Shown in pieces: positions 4,848 to 11,686 of a DNA stretch of 11,686 bases (the first letter of the stretch is position 1; each line of letters begins with the position of its first letter). Under the pieces are notes generated by a model. That model was not told where the DNA came from and searched no databases. It saw only the letters and a list, made by a program, of their open reading frames with translations. The stretch spans positions 1 through 11,686 of IMG/VR virus record IMGVR_UViG_3300047564_003701, one strand, 5' to 3'. The position numbers and the translations under genes were made by a program. The stretch comes from a virus. Its lineage: Duplodnaviria; Heunggongvirae; Uroviricota; Caudoviricetes.

Positions 4848-5075
4848 TCATTGTCCCCATCTCAAAAGGAACAAAGTCATCTGTTTTTTATTTTTGAACT
4901 GCATCATATCGAAACTAATCCTACGACCACAGTTGTGTTCTTCGCACCATTTTTGGATAGGATCCATATCCTGTTCGCTGATACCAACTTCCCAACCTCT
5001 AGGTTGTACTTCAACTCTAGCAGCCAAAGTATTTCTACGGGCAGTTTCGACCCAAAAAATTCTTTTCAAGACCAT
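4848..5075 (-). CDS. hypothetical protein, 75 aa, W-C...F...F-L-L-R-W family
   Basis: IQKWCEEH...FKNKKQMTLFLLRW; 10-nt overlap with upstream gene. Confidence 0.8.
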   Translation of the reverse strand: MVLKRIFWVETARRNTLAARVEVQPRGWEVGISEQDMDPIQKWCEEHNCGRRISFDMMQFKNKKQMTLFLLRWGQ

Positions 5076-5332
5076 TTCATTGCAAAGATACTAGCATCTT
5101 GTTCATTTTGAAAATACCAAGCACGGCAATCAGATTCTCTAATATCTCGAAACTTACTTTGACAATGTTGCATACACCAAGTTAATTTTTCAGCGAAATC
5201 GTCATCTTTAGATAATCTTACCACATGATAGGACTGTAGAATTTCCATAAGTCTATCGTGTTCTAAAAGAATAGATCCTACTTGTTTGTGGGCCATATTA
5301 GCAAACGATTTAGGAGAATCTTTATTTGCCAT
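5066..5332 (-). CDS. hypothetical protein, 88 aa, same family
   Basis: LTWCMQHC...WYFQNEQDASIFAMKW. Confidence 0.8.
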   Translation of the reverse strand: MANKDSPKSFANMAHKQVGSILLEHDRLMEILQSYHVVRLSKDDDFAEKLTWCMQHCQSKFRDIRESDCRAWYFQNEQDASIFAMKWS

Positions 5333-5606
5333 ATCTCAACAACCATTCTGTCAGTGCAGGACCCATAAACTTTGCCTTTATCACGTACTTATGTCCCATA
5401 ATGGCAAAATCCTGCATTTGATGATATATAGGAACCTCGTAGGCATTTTTCATGACCCATTGCCCTTGCTCGCTGTGTTCCCATTCGTATAAAGGTCGGG
5501 CAGCATACAAGTCTGGATCGTCTACGTCGCCCATTGTGAATTCGTGAACAGTAACTTCACGAATTTCTTCTACTCTATCTCCTACGATTTTATACTTTAT
5601 TTCCAT
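5322..5606 (-). CDS. hypothetical protein, 94 aa, probable divergent family member
   Basis: GQWVMKN...ALTEWLLRYG; coupled overlaps on both sides. Confidence 0.8.
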   Translation of the reverse strand: MEIKYKIVGDRVEEIREVTVHEFTMGDVDDPDLYAARPLYEWEHSEQGQWVMKNAYEVPIYHQMQDFAIMGHKYVIKAKFMGPALTEWLLRYGK

Positions 5607-5857
5607 TTTAAAATGAAGTTAACAGCATCTCCACTGTTTTCAAATATAAATTCACTGCCTTTTCGTTCGTAAGGATTTTTACAATTTTCTTCAACCCATT
5701 CAAGTACATCGACAGAGTGTTCTCGACTGTGAAATCTAGGCAGTAACACTCGGGTCCACCCTATTCCGACTAACATACCCCAAAGTATTTCTTTGTCAAT
5801 TTCGCTTTGCATCTGTGAGCCTAGCTCGTCTAAGATTTCTTTTTCTAAATTCGACAC
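5597..5857 (-). CDS. hypothetical protein, 86 aa, same family
   Basis: GTG start after AAAGGA; LEWVEENC...FIFENSGDAVNFILKW. Confidence 0.8.
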   Translation of the reverse strand: MSNLEKEILDELGSQMQSEIDKEILWGMLVGIGWTRVLLPRFHSREHSVDVLEWVEENCKNPYERKGSEFIFENSGDAVNFILKWK

Positions 5858-6240
5858 TGTAAATCCTTTTCAAACACGCCCCATCCTAAACGAGTTTTTG
5901 GTGCGTTCTTTTTGGATTGTATGCACAGATATCCTTCGTCGTCAATAGATACTTTCCAATGATAGTATTTTTCGTTATAGAGGTAATCTTTTAACTGTGC
6001 TATTAATACTGCAGGCATTTTTAAATCTAAATTTACCTGAGTAATAGGTCCGGTCTTGCCTTTAAGTATTTCTTGTAATTTTAGTTTTTCGAGAGTATCT
6101 TGATTGAGAGGTGTCCACGAAACTCTGTCATACAGAGCTCCGTCGTTATCAATGAGACCAATACTTAATGCTTGATCCCTTACCTTGATAAAGTCGTACT
6201 CGCGAATCATGACTTTTCGTCTAAGAGTTCTTATCGCCAT
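5845..6240 (-). CDS. hypothetical protein, 131 aa
   Basis: ORF overlaps neighbours on both sides; alternative ATG at 6210. Confidence 0.75.
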   Translation of the reverse strand: MAIRTLRRKVMIREYDFIKVRDQALSIGLIDNDGALYDRVSWTPLNQDTLEKLKLQEILKGKTGPITQVNLDLKMPAVLIAQLKDYLYNEKYYHWKVSIDDEGYLCIQSKKNAPKTRLGWGVFEKDLQCRI

Positions 6241-6611
6241 TTTAATACAAATACCATTCTATCACATTCATCACGAAACCAAAACTTGCGATTGTTTTTA
6301 TACCAACGCTGTGCAGGTTCTGGGGCATTGTCTTCTCCCCATATCGGGTATTCACCAGATCCGAAAGTTTCTAAACACCATTGCTCCATTTCCAACCAAG
6401 AACCACCTACGGGCTCTGCTGTGTAATAGCGACTACCGTAGACCGTACCTTCGCTAAGTTTAATATCTTCTACTGGACGACTATATAAATCATCCCATAG
6501 TCTTTGAAAAGCCTTAGAAGAAAAACCTGCTCGGCGGCCGGTAATTATTGGCATTCCCTTGCCTTTATGCTGTGTCATTTTTTTAATTAGTTCTTTCTGC
6601 CAATGATACAT
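6231..6611 (-). CDS. hypothetical protein, 126 aa, same family
   Basis: EMEQWCLETFG...RWY...FWFRDECDRMVFVLKW; TAATG coupling with upstream gene. Confidence 0.8.
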   Translation of the reverse strand: MYHWQKELIKKMTQHKGKGMPIITGRRAGFSSKAFQRLWDDLYSRPVEDIKLSEGTVYGSRYYTAEPVGGSWLEMEQWCLETFGSGEYPIWGEDNAPEPAQRWYKNNRKFWFRDECDRMVFVLKWR

Positions 6612-6850
6612 TACATCCAGCGTAGAGTAAAAAGCAAGTAATCTCTTTCTTCCTTGAACCAGAAATGAGTACTTCCAAACATAGAATCAACTCGCCAACG
6701 ATTATCGCCTAAGACAAGAGATTGCCCCCAACCTCCTTTACCAAGGGTCGTTTTACACCAACGGATCATATCCTCTTGTTGATGATATCGATCGTTACCA
6801 AAAGATATTTTGGTAATTAACTCCAGGTCCTGTGTTTCTCTGCTACCCAT
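6611..6850 (-). CDS. hypothetical protein, ~79 aa, same family
   Basis: DMIRWCKTTLG...RW...FWFKEERDYLLFTLRW; start uncertain (34-nt overlap). Confidence 0.75.
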   Translation of the reverse strand: MGSRETQDLELITKISFGNDRYHQQEDMIRWCKTTLGKGGWGQSLVLGDNRWRVDSMFGSTHFWFKEERDYLLFTLRWM

Positions 6851-7143
6851 TCTGCACCATCATACTCTTGAATAAGCCATTCAACGTCACCGGGGATTTC
6901 TACAATCTTAAGATTGGAGTGGGGGCCGTTCGCTCCCATACCTAACTGTTTTACAACTTTTATAAGATAAGAATCATCACGAGGAATTTCACGATCATGA
7001 AAATCGGAATCCGTGATACAGGCCAAGCGACGATATTCATCAATGGCTCTGGGGCTCAAACCAAATCCGCCATAGCAGTCATTGATTACTATATATCGAA
7101 CACCAGTTTTAAGATCTTCTAAAAACTTTTGTTTATCGTTCAT
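6817..7143 (-). CDS. conserved phage hypothetical protein, 108 aa (INDCYGGFGLS...EYDGAEWVAEKHRTW)
   Basis: ATGA overlap with the phosphoesterase gene; function unknown. Confidence 0.85.
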   Translation of the reverse strand: MNDKQKFLEDLKTGVRYIVINDCYGGFGLSPRAIDEYRRLACITDSDFHDREIPRDDSYLIKVVKQLGMGANGPHSNLKIVEIPGDVEWLIQEYDGAEWVAEKHRTWS

Positions 7144-7943
7144 ATCTCCACCGTCATATTAGGATTCCAACCAGTATCTTCACTCCAGCCACTAGACTGT
7201 TCATAACCTCTAGGATTGCAGACAACACGGCATTCACCCACTGTATAGTCAAATGGATGATGTGTGTGGCCATGTGTCCACAGTTTGATCTGAGGATTAT
7301 CTAACATAATATCTGTCAGGTCGCTGTGATACGCACCGTTCATTATATGATCACTTTTATAAGCCTCGTGGCAGCTCTGATACGAAGGTGTATGATGCCC
7401 TACCACTACAACTTTCTTGTCACTGTGTTGTTTGACTATCAGTTCTATGTACTGTTTCGTTTCTCTATGACGTTGTACCGTAGTGGCAGGCTTCAGTTTA
7501 GTATAGCCAAGACTATCGTCGGTGATAGTTCTAAAATCATTTAACATATCGCGCACAGCGTGAAGAGTTAACGGATCACCTTTATTCATATCAGTCCACA
7601 GAGTACCCCCGACGAATACCACATCGTTGATAATTTTAGTATCACGCTCTAAGAAATAAACGTTATCGTGAACTGCACAGGCAGCACGAAGCTTGTCTAG
7701 ACTCTTAGACCAATATCCGCTATAGAATTCGTGATTACCTGCGATATAGATCACGTGAGGGAACTGAAAACTTACTCTCTTTAAAAAATCTCTAAAACGG
7801 ATTCCAAGCTCACTTTCTGGCAGAAGAATTTTTTCAGCCAGCATAATATCACCGCCGAGTATTAAGACGTCAGCATTGTTTTCATTTTTTATGAAATAAT
7901 CCGAAAACTCTAAATGTAGATCGGAAACAATTTGGATTTTCAT
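7140..7943 (-). CDS. calcineurin-like metallophosphoesterase
   Basis: Motifs SDLH, GGDI, AGNHE, VGHH, HGHTH in canonical order. Confidence 0.92.
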   Translation of the reverse strand: MKIQIVSDLHLEFSDYFIKNENNADVLILGGDIMLAEKILLPESELGIRFRDFLKRVSFQFPHVIYIAGNHEFYSGYWSKSLDKLRAACAVHDNVYFLERDTKIINDVVFVGGTLWTDMNKGDPLTLHAVRDMLNDFRTITDDSLGYTKLKPATTVQRHRETKQYIELIVKQHSDKKVVVVGHHTPSYQSCHEAYKSDHIMNGAYHSDLTDIMLDNPQIKLWTHGHTHHPFDYTVGECRVVCNPRGYEQSSGWSEDTGWNPNMTVEI

Positions 7944-7970
7944 ACGCTCTCTTCTGAATAATATATGTAT

Positions 7971-7999
7971 ATTATATAGCCAGTTTAAAACTGTGTCAA
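7971..7999 (-). promoter_or_regulatory. perfect-consensus sigma70 promoter for the phosphoesterase/small-ORF cluster
   Basis: TTGACA (7999-7994), 17-nt spacer containing the inverted repeat CAGTT-TTA-AACTG, TATAAT (7976-7971). Confidence 0.8.
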
Positions 8000-8036
8000 C
8001 TGTGTAAATATAGATATAGTTTCATTAGGAGCGAAA

Positions 8037-8255
8037 TTGTTAACAATAGACTACGAATGGCGTATACTTCCTGACCGGATCATTTTGGACGAAGAGCTTC
8101 CAATCGATCGTTTAGGATGGAAGGGCGGAGACTACTTCAAATTAGTCAATATCAACGGCACCGCCATGCTTATTAAACAAGATCCTCTTGTGAAATTCAT
8201 AAAAGAAGGCGAATCAGCAGGAGCGACAAATGGACTTTCTAAAACTAGTAGGTGA
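8037..8255 (+). CDS. hypothetical protein, 72 aa; weak resemblance to AbrB/MazE swapped-hairpin proteins
   Basis: SD AGGAG 5 nt before TTG; DRLGWKGGDYFKLVNING resembles the AbrB-type LGL..GD.V pattern; TAAATA at 8005-8010 upstream. Confidence 0.7.
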   Translation: MLTIDYEWRILPDRIILDEELPIDRLGWKGGDYFKLVNINGTAMLIKQDPLVKFIKEGESAGATNGLSKTSR

Positions 8256-8505
8256 GCTTGGTTTTCCTATAGCCGCTGCTCTAGCAGCCGGTTATTTTGT
8301 GTTTCTAACTCTTAAGTTTATTTTGGCTGGCGTTACCAGTTCTGTGAACGGAATGGGCGGAATCATCAAAGGATTAGATTCTCGAGTTGATACAATGACA
8401 AATCAACTGCAAAGAATCGATGTTAAGGTCAGTCACGCATTGGGCTTACAACCGGACTACGATCGAATAGCTAGAGCAGAACAAGCTGATCAGAGGAAAG
8501 ACTGA
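8230..8505 (+). CDS. membrane protein, 91 aa: N-terminal TM (GFPIAAALAAGYF) plus coiled-coil-like tail
   Basis: Hydrophobic stretch at residues ~10-34; paralogous N-terminus to 8645..9004. Confidence 0.85.
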   Translation: MDFLKLVGELGFPIAAALAAGYFVFLTLKFILAGVTSSVNGMGGIIKGLDSRVDTMTNQLQRIDVKVSHALGLQPDYDRIARAEQADQRKD

Positions 8506-8645
8506 TGCTATTTGAAGCATTTTTAGTTTTCTATCTTCTAGAAATTCTAGTTTTGGCAATCGCTGTGTTTTATTATGTTTATGAACCCAAGAAACAACAG
8601 AGAAAAATTTATGATCCTTGGGGATTTTGGAAGGAGTTAAGATAA
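8505..8645 (+). CDS. 46-aa single-TM membrane peptide MLFEAFLVFYLLEILVLAIAVFYYVYEPKKQQRKIYDPWGFWKELR
   Basis: SD GAGGA; TGATG overlap upstream and TAATG overlap downstream; exactly fills the gap; missing from the track. Confidence 0.7.
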   Translation: MLFEAFLVFYLLEILVLAIAVFYYVYEPKKQQRKIYDPWGFWKELR

Positions 8646-9004
8646 TGGACATAGTCGAAATGGTGAATAGGTATGGTTTCCCCGTTATTGCTGCTGCAGG
8701 TATGGGATATTTTATCTATTTTGTTTGGAAGTGGGTTACCACAGAAATTAAACCTGTTATCGGACAGGCCAACGGTACATTGATTGCATTAATCGATCGA
8801 ATCAGGATGTTGGATAACGATCTAATCAGACTGAATCAAAAGATAGAAACAGTGATGGAGCTTCGAGGAAAAACTATTGAATACGAAAGAATCATTGCAG
8901 AAAAAGAAATCAATAAAACGATCGAACCTCCTCAACCTACAAAAACTCTACCTCACAGAAAGTTTACCAAAGAAGAAATCAACGATGCTGCAGGGGACGA
9001 TTAA
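8645..9004 (+). CDS. membrane protein, 119 aa: N-terminal TM (GFPVIAAAGMGYF) plus coiled-coil
   Basis: Start moved from track 8618 to ATG 8645 (SD AAGGAG, TAATG coupling). Confidence 0.85.
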   Translation: MDIVEMVNRYGFPVIAAAGMGYFIYFVWKWVTTEIKPVIGQANGTLIALIDRIRMLDNDLIRLNQKIETVMELRGKTIEYERIIAEKEINKTIEPPQPTKTLPHRKFTKEEINDAAGDD

Positions 9005-9729
9005 GTTCTTAAAGCTATAAATTCCGCTTCAGGAATCCTGGTTTTGGTATTTTTGCTGCCCAATAACACAACTATCCTTCTACCAAAACTTGTATCTAGC
9101 ATCATTACAATACATCCGCCGGCTGCTCTTATGTAGCCGGTTTTGCTGACGATAAAATCATGACGCTTACCTATGATAGGATTGGTGTTTCTGAAAACTA
9201 CGAATTTCTTTTTGTGTTTGATCTTAACTTCGCTCATTTTACTAGCGGCTGTGATTTCGGGATATAGTTCTGCAGCTCTGACCATTTTAATTAGATCGTA
9301 GGCAGTACTCGAATTCATTACCCCGAGACCGGTTGGATCAATAAAGCGTGTATCTAACATCCCGAGATTACGAGCCTTTTCATTCATGGCCTTTATACAG
9401 GCTAATCTACCTCCGGGGTATTTTTGACATAGAGTCTCCGATGCTCTGTTATCAGAATGTACAATAGCCAGTTGTAATAACTCACGTCTTGTATAAGGCT
9501 TTATGTATTCATCTAGATTTTGGTGAGCATCGAGAACAACCATAGCGGTCATAAGTTTTGTGATGCTAGCGATACTGCGATGTTCATACATATTTTCACT
9601 TTGCAGTATTTCACCTTCACCGTCGGCGACTAGCCAAGAAGTTGCGGTAATTTTGTGATCGTTGGCAAGTACTAATAACGGCGTTGAGAATAAAATAAAA
9701 AATAATATTGATCTGATCATGGTCTGCAT
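9001..9729 (-). CDS. serine D-alanyl-D-alanine carboxypeptidase/endopeptidase (peptidase S11, PBP7/PbpG-like)
   Basis: SITK (SxxK), SDN (SxN) and KTG motifs; signal-peptide-like N-terminus; alternative ATG at 9720. Confidence 0.9.
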   Translation of the reverse strand: MQTMIRSILFFILFSTPLLVLANDHKITATSWLVADGEGEILQSENMYEHRSIASITKLMTAMVVLDAHQNLDEYIKPYTRRELLQLAIVHSDNRASETLCQKYPGGRLACIKAMNEKARNLGMLDTRFIDPTGLGVMNSSTAYDLIKMVRAAELYPEITAASKMSEVKIKHKKKFVVFRNTNPIIGKRHDFIVSKTGYIRAAGGCIVMMLDTSFGRRIVVLLGSKNTKTRIPEAEFIALRT

Positions 9730-9926
9730 AAGTTAAATGGTTTAATGCCGTTAGTACTAAATTGGCTGATCCATTGTTCTGTTTCGCTGCCTTTACCCAT
9801 CATATAAAAAGGAGTAAAGTACAATTGTAACATAGAATACACATATAGATCAACCCACCAAAAACATATATCTTCATTTAGATGTTGCACGGAATACACC
9901 ATCCCAATCTGTAGGTAAACGGGCAT
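9717..9926 (-). CDS. possible small aromatic-rich hypothetical protein (start uncertain)
   Basis: Only frame filling the cyclase-peptidase gap; overlaps both neighbours. Confidence 0.35.
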   Translation of the reverse strand: MPVYLQIGMVYSVQHLNEDICFWWVDLYVYSMLQLYFTPFYMMGKGSETEQWISQFSTNGIKPFNLCRP

Positions 9927-11685
9927 TACGCATTTCTTCTATTCTTTCTAACCACAATTCGTAATAGTGATCCATACCACTGCCAAATTTGCCTTTCAGT
10001 GTTTCAATAAGTGCAATGGCCTTATCCCATTGTTGCTTACGATAATACTCTAACATTAGATCGTGCAACTCTCTATCGTGTTTCCATTCTGCCATTTGAT
10101 TTTCTGCAGGGTTGAAAAATACTGTGTAGATCGTTACACCTTCTTTTTTACCTTTGACTGCGATGCAGTCGAGTTCAATTGTAAAGTAATCTTCTCCAAC
10201 TCTTTCTGCCGTAACTGGTCCAAGTACAATGAGTACTCCATAGTTCTTACTCTGTCCCTCCAAGCGACTAGCAAGATTAACTGAATCACCAAGACAGGTA
10301 TAGTCAAAGCGTTGCTCAGATCCCATGTTACCGACCACAACCACACCGGTGTTGATACCAATACCCATACCAAAAGGAGGTGTGCCTTCAGAGGTGATTT
10401 CTTTGTTGAATTCATCTAAGCTCCCTAACATTTCTAATGCGGCTTTGACAGCATCTTTACAATGCTTAGTTTCGTCTAGCGGTGCATTCCAGAAAGCCAT
10501 CTGTGCATCGCCAATGTACTTGTCTAGGGTGCCACCCGTTTCTAGAATAGTACGTGTCATCGCAGTCATATAACGATTCATAATCTTTGTTAAACCTTGT
10601 ACGTCTTTACCGTAATATTCTGAGATACTGGTAAAGCCGCGAACATCGGTAAACATAATACTCAGTTCTTTTTCTTCGCCACCCAGTTTTAATAGACTAG
10701 GATCTTTGATCAGTTTAGCAACAAGGTCGGGACTGAGGTAACTTTGGAACTGCTTTCTGATCTGTTGCTTTTGTAAAAACTCACTTATAAATTTAACGCC
10801 ATAAGCGTGAAGCATGACAACAGTGAGCCCAAATACAGGTAAAGTGCTGTCGAAGAGCCAAAGATTAGATGAATACAGATATTGAGAAACACCAAAGATG
10901 CCCCCAATAATAACAACACCGCTAAAAATTCCAACATAAGTCCACCTTGTTAAAAATAATAATGCTATACCTGCTAATAATAAAACGACTAACTCTAAAT
11001 CATCTGCGTAACTAGGACGTTGTATATTGGTCTTGGTCATCATAGTACCTATCACCGCACCTTGCAGATAATGCGGCCATACTTCGCCTGCAGCAGTACC
11101 TACGGGATTTGCAAGGCCAGCGGCACTGAGTCCAACAATCACTATACCGTTATTAAAACTTTTAGGCAAAGATACAAGACTATGTTCAGTAGGCTGACTA
11201 GACCAGTCTATCCATATTCTAGCTAGGTTGTCTGTTTCGATTTTTCCTAGTTTAGGAATTCTTAATGCTTCAACTCCTGTGTCTCCTATCTTTACCTGTA
11301 TTCGATCTTCAGAAGCAGCTCTTAGTGTTTCTAATCCTAGGCTAGGATGAACGTGTTCACCTGCTGCTATCACCAATGGCATTCTACGAACAACACCATC
11401 TATTTCAGGAAAAGTATTAACTATACCTATACCTATAGCTAATTCGTTGATAGAGTCAACACTGTTTATCAATCCCGGATATTGTACTACTTTTCCGGAA
11501 GGATCCTGGCCAACTATTTGAACACTGCTGCCGAAATCAGTATTCCTACTTTTAGTATGTCCTAATGAAGGTATAACCACAGGATGTTTTTTCATCGATT
11601 GTGCTAATACCGAATCTTGATTGAATCGATCTCGTTCTGGCATTAAAACGTTGAACACTACCAATCCTGCTTCACGTTTATATAG
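9874..11685 (-). CDS. CHASE2-type sensor, ~3 TM, class III adenylate/guanylate cyclase; 5' end outside window
   Basis: Frame open to the window edge (LYKREAGLVVFNVLMPE...). Cyclase motifs MFTDVRGFT, DKYIGDA, GINTG..VGNMGS..RFDYT..GDSVNLASRLE; the Lys and Asp specificity residues indicate ATP. CHASE2-like motifs include DGVVRRMPL and HPSLGLE. Confidence 0.92.
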   Translation of the reverse strand, partial: LYKREAGLVVFNVLMPERDRFNQDSVLAQSMKKHPVVIPSLGHTKSRNTDFGSSVQIVGQDPSGKVVQYPGLINSVDSINELAIGIGIVNTFPEIDGVVRRMPLVIAAGEHVHPSLGLETLRAASEDRIQVKIGDTGVEALRIPKLGKIETDNLARIWIDWSSQPTEHSLVSLPKSFNNGIVIVGLSAAGLANPVGTAAGEVWPHYLQGAVIGTMMTKTNIQRPSYADDLELVVLLLAGIALLFLTRWTYVGIFSGVVIIGGIFGVSQYLYSSNLWLFDSTLPVFGLTVVMLHAYGVKFISEFLQKQQIRKQFQSYLSPDLVAKLIKDPSLLKLGGEEKELSIMFTDVRGFTSISEYYGKDVQGLTKIMNRYMTAMTRTILETGGTLDKYIGDAQMAFWNAPLDETKHCKDAVKAALEMLGSLDEFNKEITSEGTPPFGMGIGINTGVVVVGNMGSEQRFDYTCLGDSVNLASRLEGQSKNYGVLIVLGPVTAERVGEDYFTIELDCIAVKGKKEGVTIYTVFFNPAENQMAEWKHDRELHDLMLEYYRKQQWDKAIALIETLKGKFGSGMDHYYELWLERIEEMRNARLPTDWDGVFRATSK

Positions 11686-11686
11686 A

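Noticed and set aside
2339-6457. Plus-strand track ORFs (2339, 2778, 4334, 4839, 4894, 5286, 6172, 6185) and the alternative minus frame 4258..4488
   Set aside because: Shadow frames of better-supported, SD-led, overlap-coupled minus-strand genes.
9800-9877. 25-aa ORF MKIYVFGGLIYMCILCYNCTLLLFI coupled by ATGA to the cyclase stop
   Set aside because: Cannot be distinguished from the alternative 69-aa frame without homologues.
7326-11226. Track ORFs 7326+, 8446-, 10063+, 10134-, 10325+ and 11020+
   Set aside because: They lie within or antisense to genes with clear catalytic motifs or coupling; no SD or motifs of their own.
1-11686. Stop-codon recoding, suppressor tRNAs, CRISPR array, mobile element
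   Set aside because: No CUA/UCA/UUA anticodons; genes terminate normally at TAA, TAG and TGA under code 11; no regularly spaced repeats, transposase or homing-endonuclease motifs.

Overview
Gene-dense fragment that looks like a large lytic bacteriophage genome (tightly packed, overlap-coupled small ORFs, sigma70-consensus promoters, T4-late-like TATAAATA boxes, CCA-encoding tRNAs). Bases 1-2330 hold a minus-strand RNA operon: two sigma70 promoters, a 46-codon leader ORF with competing antiterminator/terminator hairpins (an apparent ribosome-mediated attenuator), a 57-aa ORF, an internal promoter, then 11 tRNAs (Tyr, Asp, Asn, Glu, Ile-UAU, Trp, Cys, Leu, Ser, Ile-GAU, Lys). Two non-tRNA structured RNAs are interleaved: a 110-nt YrlA-like Y RNA candidate (permuted tRNA mimic with a Ro60-type bulged-C helix) and an unidentified ~200-nt RNA. 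Bases 2350-7943 are minus-strand accessory genes: a ClpP-like protease, many hypothetical proteins including a tandem paralogous family ending in F-x-L-[KR]-W, and a calcineurin-like metallophosphoesterase. A short plus-strand cluster (8037-9004) encodes a possible AbrB-like protein and three coupled membrane proteins. It converges on a minus-strand S11 D-Ala-D-Ala peptidase and a CHASE2-type membrane adenylate cyclase that is truncated by the window edge. All calls come from manual reading and folding; no database searches were run.
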